A DNA stretch of 64,000 nucleotides, taken from contig JAQUSN010000002.1 in assembly GCA_028715115.1 (NCBI GenBank), forward strand, positions 4,944 through 68,943, read 5' to 3'. The translations under genes were made by a program, and so were the position numbers. Within the stretch, counting starts at the first letter, position 1. Every line of letters starts with the position of its first letter. Shown one piece after another: positions 1 through 6,283 of this stretch. The notes under the pieces are model-generated. The model was not told where the DNA came from. It did no database searches and saw only the letters and a list, made by a program, of their open reading frames with translations. The DNA comes from Patescibacteria group bacterium (GTDB lineage: Bacteria > Patescibacteriota > Patescibacteriia > UBA2591 > UBA4787).

Positions 1-2
1 GC

Positions 3-620
3 TATCATTTGATTACCAACGACGAATGGATGGCCATTGCTCGAGACGCGGAACAAGTCCAAGCAAACTGGGCTAACAATCAAATCGGCTCGACCGTGGC
101 TTCTGGCGGCGGCTTAAAACGAGGCAATGTCGGCATTACCGATTCAGCCAGCTACAATGGCGCTGATCCGGAAAAGGGCCTAGGCAGAAATTCCAAAGCT
201 ATGTTGACCTTAAGTAACGGTTCAACTATTTGGGATATTTCTGGCAATGTCTACGAACACGTGTCTTTTACGCCGTCTGGCGCTGACGCTACCCACCAAG
301 AATTGGACCAACCAGACGATGACGATGTTTCAGGTTGGAATTACTATGAATTTACCGCTTTGAATAATAACGGGGCCAATACTTTTACTACCGGCTACAC
401 TGACGGCAAGGCGGTTTTTCGTCCCTCTGACGATACTTGGAATTCAAATTATGGTGTGGGCAAGATTTATGCCAACTCAAACTCAGCCGCTGTCACCGCT
501 CGCGTGTTCGTTCGTGGCGGCAACTGGCACAATACGTCCCGTGCCGGAGTCTTCGGCTTGGACTTGCATTGGACCGCGTCGGGTTCGAGCTACGATGTTG
601 GTTTTCGCTGCGCCCGGTAG
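3..620 (+). CDS. DGR target protein 1 (5'-truncated at window start); FGE-sulfatase / C-type-lectin-fold C-terminal domain carrying VR1
   Basis: The reading frame is open to the window edge. Motifs GNVYEHV and C-terminal VRGGNWHNTSRAG...VGFRCAR are typical of the FGE/CLec fold used by DGR variable proteins. The last ~120 nt match TR1 except at TR adenines. Confidence 0.8.
   Translation, partial: YHLITNDEWMAIARDAEQVQANWANNQIGSTVASGGGLKRGNVGITDSASYNGADPEKGLGRNSKAMLTLSNGSTIWDISGNVYEHVSFTPSGADATHQELDQPDDDDVSGWNYYEFTALNNNGANTFTTGYTDGKAVFRPSDDTWNSNYGVGKIYANSNSAAVTARVFVRGGNWHNTSRAGVFGLDLHWTASGSSYDVGFRCAR
497..619 (+). repeat. DGR variable repeat VR1 (cognate of TR1)
   Basis: The 123-nt alignment with 1683-1805 has ~17 mismatches. 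Every one lies at a position where TR1 has A, for example TR AAT/VR CGT and TR AACTTGAAC/VR GGCTTGGAC. The 3' ends are identical (...GTTGGTTTTCGCTGCGCCCGGTA). Confidence 0.9.
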
Positions 621-642
621 TCCCCGTAGATATTTGGTATTT

Positions 643-662
643 GGCCCGCCAGCAGGCGGGTT
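643..662 (+). other. GC-rich hairpin with 4-nt loop 24 nt downstream of VR1 (DGR target-site hairpin candidate)
   Basis: cccgcc AGCA ggcggg gives a 6-8 bp stem with a 4-nt loop. Placement and shape resemble the hairpins described downstream of DGR VRs. Confidence 0.55.
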
Positions 663-720
663 GGAAATTTGGCTTTCCGACTTAATCTTGTCTGTTCCGC
701 TTCATTTGTATAATTTTTAG

Positions 721-1207
721 AAAATTTTAGAAAATAATTACGCTTTTATTGATGGAGCCAATTTACACATGGGTGTAAAAAGTTTAGGTTGGAAATTAGA
801 CCATAGAAGATTTAGAATCTGGTTAACCGAGAAGTACTCTGTCAGCAAAGCATATATTTTTATCGGCTTGATTCCGAAGAACAAAGATCTTTATACTAAT
901 CTGCAAGAAGCCGGCTTCACTCTAATTTTTAAGGAAGTTGTTTATGATGGTGACGGCAAAGGGCAATTGCGATGCCGATTTGGTCTTAAAGACAACCCAA
1001 GAAGCTTATGAAAATTTATTTGATAAAGCTGCTATTGTTTCCAGCGACGGCGATTACGCTGGGTTAGTAAAATTTCTTCAAGATAAAAATAAATTGGCGA
1101 TAGTTCTTTCGCCAAATTTAGAAAATAAATGTTCGATTTTATTAAAAAGGACAAATGCGCGCATCGCTTATCTTAACGATCAAAAATCAATTTTAGAACT
1201 AAAATGA
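721..1207 (+). pseudogene. NYN/LabA-like (PIN-like RNase) domain gene, disrupted by a +1 frameshift in a GGG run (~961-963) and lacking an ATG start
   Basis: Frame 1 encodes AFIDGANL...LGWKLDHRRF...IFKEVVYDGDGK. The continuation GNCDADLVLK...IVSSDGDYAGLVKFLQDKNKLAIVLSP lies in frame 2 (ORFs 769-1011 and 938-1207). The only in-frame start after the upstream stop is ATT. Confidence 0.6.
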
Positions 1208-1326
1208 AAAAGCCCCCGATGGAGACGAGCTCCATAAGGGTCTTCTTCGTGGTGATAATGCTAGTACAATAGATTAGAGATTAAAGTCAAATTAAAATCT
1301 GTGGATAACCTTTAAAATTATTCAAA

Positions 1327-1662
1327 ATGCTTCAAAATCTACCGATTTTTCAAAAAATTTACGATTTAATCCTTTGGCTGCATCCGGTAATTAATAAATT
1401 TCCCAAGTCGCAGCGCTTTATCTTGGGCCAGCAGACGGAAAATACAGCCTTGGAAATTATCAAAAACGTCATTGCCGCCAACGCCGAAAGAAACAAGACG
1501 GCCTATCTTAAACAAGCCAGTATTGATTTAGATAAATTAAGAATTTTAATTCGTTTAAGTAAGGACTTGAAATTTATCAGTCTCAAACAATATAGCTTGG
1601 CCGCGGAGAAAATTAATGAAGTCGGCAAAATGCTCGGCGGTTGGCTGAAGAGCAGTTGTTAA
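1327..1662 (+). CDS. avd: DGR accessory variability determinant Avd (copy 1; four-helix-bundle family)
   Basis: 111 aa, helical, ending ...EVGKMLGGWLKSS. It is paralogous to the 3129-3482 ORF and lies immediately upstream of TR1. Size and position match the Avd / 23S-rRNA-IVS four-helix-bundle family. Confidence 0.75.
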   Translation: MLQNLPIFQKIYDLILWLHPVINKFPKSQRFILGQQTENTALEIIKNVIAANAERNKTAYLKQASIDLDKLRILIRLSKDLKFISLKQYSLAAEKINEVGKMLGGWLKSSC

Positions 1663-1682
1663 TCAAAGGGGCAAAGTCAAAG

Positions 1683-1805
1683 CGCTCACGTGTTCATTCG
1701 TGGCGGCAACTGGAACAATACGTCCAATGCCGGAGTCTTCAACTTGAACTTGAATTGGAACACGTCGAATTCGAACAACAATGTTGGTTTTCGCTGCGCC
1801 CGGTA
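1683..1805 (+). repeat. DGR template repeat TR1 (adenine-rich on + strand)
   Basis: Asn/AAC-rich pseudo-ORF (NWNNTSNAGVFNLNLNWNTSNSNNNVGFRCAR). It matches VR1 with all differences at TR adenines, and sits 20 nt downstream of avd1. Confidence 0.9.
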
Positions 1806-2055
1806 CTCTTTTTTCTGGCCAGAGCAAAATGTCTATGGACATGAGCCAGCGTCAGAAGACTACGGATTTTGTTCCTCTCCTTAGTAGGTCAAAGCAGTGG
1901 CAGCTAGAGGTTTGACCGAACAGGGAAACCAAAAAGCTCGTACCCTTGAGGAATCAAAGTAGTTTTTTTCGAAATCTTTCCTTAAGGCCAATGGGCTTTG
2001 GCTAAAAATAACAGGACTATTTGTGTTGTCTTGTTGTTTTTAGTCTCCGACCTTT

Positions 2056-3105
2056 TTAATCTTTCAACCACCACCAAAATTGATTTTTGAGATATTGGCC
2101 TAATTTGTAAGTATTAGCATGTGACAATACACCGAGATATGATTGGAGCGATTGTTCGAGCGTCTTCTCGCTAATTATACCATTTTTATATTCTTTAATT
2201 CGGCCCCTTAACTTTCGCATTATTCTTTGTTTCGTTTTAGTTTTGATTAGGCGGTAATAGGGTAGGAGTAGGTGGCCTAGAAAATCAATGCCCTGATCAA
2301 ATTTACGAATGATAATTTTCTTCGGATGAATTTTTAAGAATAATTTTTGCTCTAAAAGTTTTTTCATCGCTTTTAATATTTTTCTTAGATATTTTTTATC
2401 ATTAGCCACGACAATAAAATCATCTGTATAGCGCAAATATTTTTTAATTTGTAATTCATGCTTTACAAATTGGTCAAACTCGTTAAGATAGATATTCGCA
2501 AATAATTGAGAGGTCAAATTACCAATCGGGAGGCCTCTCTTTTTAAATAGATCGGATTGATTAGAGCAAAAACTTTCAATAATTTCCTTAATTAACCACA
2601 TTGCCTTGTCGTCTTTTATCTTTCTGCTGACAATTTCTAATAGAGTATCATGATCCACGCTGGCAAAGAATTTACTGATATCGCATTTGAGGATAAAACA
2701 AGGTTTGGTGTGATTAGCACTAGTAGCTCGTAGAATTTTGGTTAGACAATTCACGGCCTTGTGTGCTCCTTTGTTAATTCGACAAGAGAAAGAATGGCCG
2801 ATAAAGGTTGGTTCAAAAATTGGATTCAAAACAGTAAAAACCGCATGATGCAGTACGCGGTCACGAACCAAGGCTTTGTGAATGTGCCGTTGTTTGGGAT
2901 CGGTAATAAAGAAAGATGTGTATGGGCCATGCTTGTAAGCATGGTTTTGTAAGTCCCGGTACAATTGGAAAATATTGGGCTCTAAATTAAATTCAAACTT
3001 CAGGATATCTGATTTTTTCTTTTTATCTTGGCGAAATTCGTCCCAAGCTGAAAACAGATTTTCCAAAGAGATGATCTTTTCAAACAGATGGCTATAGATC
3101 TTCAT
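2056..3105 (-). CDS. DGR reverse transcriptase
   Basis: 349 aa RT with the YTDDF (YxDD) catalytic motif and LPIGNLTSQLFANIYLNEFD. The SQ substitution in motif 4 is the DGR-RT hallmark. Flanked by TRs and avd genes. Confidence 0.9.
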   Translation of the reverse strand: MKIYSHLFEKIISLENLFSAWDEFRQDKKKKSDILKFEFNLEPNIFQLYRDLQNHAYKHGPYTSFFITDPKQRHIHKALVRDRVLHHAVFTVLNPIFEPTFIGHSFSCRINKGAHKAVNCLTKILRATSANHTKPCFILKCDISKFFASVDHDTLLEIVSRKIKDDKAMWLIKEIIESFCSNQSDLFKKRGLPIGNLTSQLFANIYLNEFDQFVKHELQIKKYLRYTDDFIVVANDKKYLRKILKAMKKLLEQKLFLKIHPKKIIIRKFDQGIDFLGHLLLPYYRLIKTKTKQRIMRKLRGRIKEYKNGIISEKTLEQSLQSYLGVLSHANTYKLGQYLKNQFWWWLKD

Positions 3106-3128
3106 TTTAATTTTTAATAAATAAAACT

Positions 3129-3482
3129 ATGCCCAACGAATTCGACGTTCCCATCTTAAAAAACATCTATGATCTCTACAAAATATTCTATGGTTTTCGC
3201 CACGGTGTTTCCAAACAGGATCGCTACACTATTTGGCAAAAATCAGAGAACCTGATTTTAGAGATTATTGAAGCCATTCTTTTGGCTAGCCAGCAGAGCA
3301 AGATTAATAAAGTGCCAACCCTTGAGCGAGCTAGCGCTAAACTTAACTTCTTGCGAGTTTTTATACGCTTGATGAAAGAAGTCAAAATCATTGACCAGAA
3401 AAAGTATCTAACCTTGCAAGAAGCTGTTGATGAAATTGGCCGGATGCTTGGTGGTTGGTTAAAATCTAGTAAAGATTTTTAA
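3129..3482 (+). CDS. avd: DGR accessory variability determinant Avd (copy 2)
   Basis: 117 aa paralog of 1327-1662 with the same C-terminal ...EIGRMLGGWLKSS. Its start lies 23 bp from the divergently oriented RT start. Confidence 0.75.
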   Translation: MPNEFDVPILKNIYDLYKIFYGFRHGVSKQDRYTIWQKSENLILEIIEAILLASQQSKINKVPTLERASAKLNFLRVFIRLMKEVKIIDQKKYLTLQEAVDEIGRMLGGWLKSSKDF

Positions 3483-3492
3483 GACTTCAATC

Positions 3493-3517
3493 AAAGGGCC
3501 CCTTATGGGGGCCCTTT
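3493..3517. terminator. Perfect 10-bp GC-rich hairpin between avd2 (+) and TR2 (-); candidate bidirectional terminator / DGR RNA structural element
   Basis: The stem aaagggcccc pairs with ggggcccttt across loop ttatg. A T-rich run follows on the minus strand. Confidence 0.55.
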
Positions 3518-3535
3518 GGCTTAGACAGAGAAATG

Positions 3536-3654
3536 ACTTCCGGGCCGCGGACAGACCGATGTTGTCGTTGCGGTTGTCATCCCAGTTGTTGTTGACGTTG
3601 AGACCATTCGCATCGAAGTTGCCGACGTTGACGCGGTTACCGTCCGAAGTGAGA
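3536..3654 (-). repeat. DGR template repeat TR2 (adenine-rich on - strand)
   Basis: The plus strand is T-rich (ttgttgttgacgttg...), so the minus strand encodes an Asn-rich stretch (GNRVNVGNFDANGLNVNNNWDDNRNDNIGLSAARK). It matches VR2 and VR3 with differences only at plus-strand T, i.e. minus-strand A. Confidence 0.85.
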
Positions 3655-3985
3655 AAACTGTCTGTTTTCATCCAAATCTTCAGAAGTTGAGGTTTGCCGT
3701 TCCGTTAAGAATCTATATCCTCTTCTTCTTGTTTACCCTGAGTCGTGGGAAGGGTAGTTTATTCGAGAGTACTCCGATTAAATCAGAGATCTCCACTAAA
3801 AACAGACAAGAAGTTCTGCCTCCATCTTTTTTCACGCGCTATCGCAATCCGTAGAAAGGCGATACTCTGGTGAAGTCTCCCGCTTCCGCCGAAGCTTCGA
3901 CAGGTAGGCAAAAGAAGAGACGTTCGGCGAGGTTAAACCTTGATCTAGCCTTCATTAGCCGAACATTATTATAATATATCAATTT

Positions 3986-4046
3986 TAACAAAAAAGAAAG
4001 AGCCTCCACACAGAGCTACCGGTTGTGGTAGATGTAACGGAGGCTC
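3986..4046 (-). terminator. Rho-independent terminator / conserved 3' element downstream of target gene 2
   Basis: gagcctcc...ggaggctc forms an 8-bp outer stem enclosing an inner hairpin (ctacc ggttgt ggtag). On the minus strand a T-run follows. The block is conserved with 5135-5210. Confidence 0.6.
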
Positions 4047-4085
4047 AAGGATTCAAGAAGTGTCTAGGTCTCGATGACTCAAGAC

Positions 4086-4913
4086 TCAGAACTTCCGGGC
4101 CGCGGACAGACCGATGTGGTCGTAGCGGTAGCCATCCCAGTCGTCGACGACGAGACCATTCGCATCGAAGTAGCCGACGTAGACGCGGTAACCGCCCGAA
4201 GTGAGATCGGAGCAGCGGCCATATCTGGTCGGATTGACGTACTGACCGCTCTTCTTGAAGTACAGCATGGCCTTGGTAACTTCGGTCACAGCCGGCGGTA
4301 CCTCATAGTTGGTCGGCAGCATACTCTGTTGGTCAGCGAAGGTCTTGTCTTCGGAATTCGGTACGATCTCGAGGGGCATCAGCCGCCAACGCAACTTGCC
4401 GGTCGTTCTGACGGCGAAACGCTGGTTGCTGTACCAGGCCTCGGAACTGTACTTGTAGAACCTGGGTTGGCCCGGGGCCGGCTGCAACTGCTGCCACTTC
4501 ATGATGGTCAGCGGAGTGCCGTTGATCCGATCGAGCTCGAGGAAGGCGATGTGCGTTTCGCGAATCGTCTTGCCGGGCACGAAGGGGCACGGGCTGTTGA
4601 GCACTGTCTCGTTCCAGGGGAATCGGGCAATCTCTCGGAGCTGCTTCTTGGTGAAGCGTGCTCCGTAAAGCGCGGCCCAATCGTCAGGACCGAAGAAGCG
4701 TTCGTTACCCATCAGCTCACGGACGAGTTCCAGCGAGATCGGACTCTCGACTTCGCCGCTCAGGAAAGCTTCCGCCACCTTGCGGGCATAGTCAGGGTCG
4801 GTTCGCACACGATCCCAGTGGACCTTCGTCACTCCTCGATCTTGGAGTGCCTTGAGGGTCGATCCGATTTCTCCGAACTCCAGAGTCCAGAGACCATTTT
4901 GGTTTGTACCCAT
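4086..4913 (-). CDS. DGR target protein 2 (C-terminal CLec-like VR2); paralog of target 3
   Basis: 275 aa with C-terminus ...YRVYVGYFDANGLVVDDWDGYRYDHIGLSAARKF. The last ~116 nt match TR2 with A-site substitutions. GC-rich gene (~60%). Confidence 0.8.
   Translation of the reverse strand: MGTNQNGLWTLEFGEIGSTLKALQDRGVTKVHWDRVRTDPDYARKVAEAFLSGEVESPISLELVRELMGNERFFGPDDWAALYGARFTKKQLREIARFPWNETVLNSPCPFVPGKTIRETHIAFLELDRINGTPLTIMKWQQLQPAPGQPRFYKYSSEAWYSNQRFAVRTTGKLRWRLMPLEIVPNSEDKTFADQQSMLPTNYEVPPAVTEVTKAMLYFKKSGQYVNPTRYGRCSDLTSGGYRVYVGYFDANGLVVDDWDGYRYDHIGLSAARKF
4091..4206 (-). repeat. DGR variable repeat VR2 (cognate of TR2; one 3-nt deletion relative to TR2)
   Basis: The 3' end (acttccgggccgcggacagaccgatg) is identical to TR2. 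Internal differences are T to C/A/G on the plus strand. One CAA triplet of the TR CAA-repeat is missing. Confidence 0.85.
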
Positions 4914-5134
4914 GGTACTTACCTCCTGTTGTGTTTGTATTCTCTTTGTCCTTTAGAGACTTTAGAGAATTTGACCTAGGCCGTAGGTCGCGGTCTCATC
5001 TTGGAATAAGACGAGCGTTTTAAAAATCAATTATCTTGATGCCCAAAACGCTCGTCTTATTGTCATCCCCTTACTTATTCTGATTATATTTTATCACATT
5101 TTTCCAAAAAAGTCAAGTTCTAGCTTGATCTTTA

Positions 5135-5197
5135 AGATTAAAAGAAAAGAGCCCTCACCACATGACCCGCCAAGTTTGGCGGATGTAGCGAAGGCTC
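5135..5197 (-). terminator. Rho-independent terminator / conserved 3' element downstream of target gene 3
   Basis: gagccctc...gaaggctc forms the outer stem (7 of 8 bp) with an inner hairpin (ccgcc aagttt ggcgg), followed by a T-run on the minus strand. It shares the motif GATGTARCGRAGGCTCAAGGAWTCAA with 4031-4060. Confidence 0.55.
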
Positions 5198-5228
5198 AAG
5201 GAATCAAAAGGCTCGAGTGTTCGAGGTT

Positions 5229-5993
5229 TTAAGCTTCGAACTTCTGGGCCGCGGACAGACCGATGCCGTCGTCGCGGTAGTCATCCCAGTCGTCGCTGAC
5301 GAGGAGACCATCCGCACCGAAGTAGCCGACGTAGACGCGGTTACCGTCCGAAGCGAGATCACTGCAACGAACGTAGACGCTTTCGAACAAGCGCTTGCCG
5401 GTGGCCAGGAAGTACAGCACCATGGTGTAGATCACCGTCTGAGCGGTGGGTGTGTATTCGTTCTCGGCCAGCAGCGCCTGCTGCTCGGAGTAGGTCTTGC
5501 CGATGGAGTTGTCCACCGGTGTCTTCCGAATCAGTTCCCAGCCGACTTTGCCGGGTTGCGAAGCGAACTTCTGGTTGTTGTACCAGTCCTGACCATAGAA
5601 GACTTTGCCCTTGCCGGCAACCAGGCGACGGATCTCGATGATCGAGGTGCCGAGGTTGGCTACCAGCAGGTGGGTGTTCTTGCAGGCTTCGAGTTCACCC
5701 TCGGTGAACGGCACTTCGGCCAGGGCCTTGATGATTTCGGGGCTCGGAGTGAGTCCGAGATGCTTGGCCGCCTCTTCGATGCCGAGCATGTTCGTGCCCA
5801 TGATGGCACGGGCACGTTCCTGCGATGTCGTCGGCGTAAAGCCGCCGGCGGTTGCGAATGTGGCCAGGCGATCGACGAAGGCGGGGTCGGCGTTGATTCG
5901 ATTGACGATCTGATCGGCGTTGTCTCCGAAAGCAACCCGGAGACGCTGTTCCGCGGCATTGAGATCGCCGGCGGGGACTTGTGTCCATTTCAT
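5229..5993 (-). CDS. DGR target protein 3 (C-terminal CLec-like VR3); paralog of target 2
   Basis: 254 aa ending ...GNRVYVGYFGADGLLVSDDWDDYRDDGIGLSAAQKFEA. The last ~119 nt match TR2 with A-site substitutions. GC-rich. Confidence 0.8.
   Translation of the reverse strand: MKWTQVPAGDLNAAEQRLRVAFGDNADQIVNRINADPAFVDRLATFATAGGFTPTTSQERARAIMGTNMLGIEEAAKHLGLTPSPEIIKALAEVPFTEGELEACKNTHLLVANLGTSIIEIRRLVAGKGKVFYGQDWYNNQKFASQPGKVGWELIRKTPVDNSIGKTYSEQQALLAENEYTPTAQTVIYTMVLYFLATGKRLFESVYVRCSDLASDGNRVYVGYFGADGLLVSDDWDDYRDDGIGLSAAQKFEA
5240..5358 (-). repeat. DGR variable repeat VR3 (cognate of TR2)
   Basis: Same length as TR2 (119 nt). Differences sit at plus-strand T positions (ttg to ccg/tcg/ctg/agg etc.), plus a single C/T difference near the 3' (IMH-like) end. 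Confidence 0.85.
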
Positions 5994-6087
5994 GGCAGAC
6001 TCCTTTCTCTGTTGACCCTTTGAGATTATTGCTGGGCGACTAGATGAGGATTTTGGGCTTACGATCCCTGTTTACGACCTGTCTCGG

Positions 6088-6150
6088 GAATGAGGCAAGT
6101 TATCTAAAGACCATTGTTTAATGATTTCCAGATAACTTGTCTCATTTTTT
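6088..6150. repeat. Palindromic repeat copy C of the AAATGAGACA(C)...TGTCTCATTT family
   Basis: gAATGAGgCAAGTTATC - 26 nt - GATAACTTGTCTCATTTT is an inverted repeat of 17 bp with 2 mismatches. Related elements occur at 14807-14858 and 56692-56826. Confidence 0.5.
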
Positions 6151-6283
6151 CTCTTGAATTCCTAATATATTTTGAGTTGTAAAGAACCTCCTTTGATTCT
6201 TATGCATATATTATAGCACAAAATAGGAAAAAGTCAAGAGCAAATTTTTGGCTTAAAATAAGTAGGGTTTGATGATTTTACGG

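Noticed and set aside
437-1884. ORFs 437-685, 451-720, 1641-1844, 1690-1884 running through VR1 / TR1
   Set aside because: These are alternative-frame or non-coding readings of the VR and TR DNA. TR1 is Asn-rich because of AAC repeats, but it is a template repeat and not a gene.
3459-3690. ORFs 3459-3671 (-) and 3505-3690 (+) over TR2
   Set aside because: Same reasoning as for TR1: these frames read through the template repeat and its hairpin, and TR2 is non-coding.
4074-6023. Many long overlapping ORFs on both strands (4074-4979 +, 4333-4680 -, 4658-4855 +, 5217-6023 +, 5450-5641 +, 5605-5913 +, 5660-5959 -, 5695-5988 -)
   Set aside because: The block is ~60% GC, so every frame is nearly stop-free. 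These products are low-complexity (Arg/Ala/Pro-rich). Only the two minus-strand frames carry the CLec-like C-termini, A-specific VR/TR differences and downstream terminators, so only those were called.
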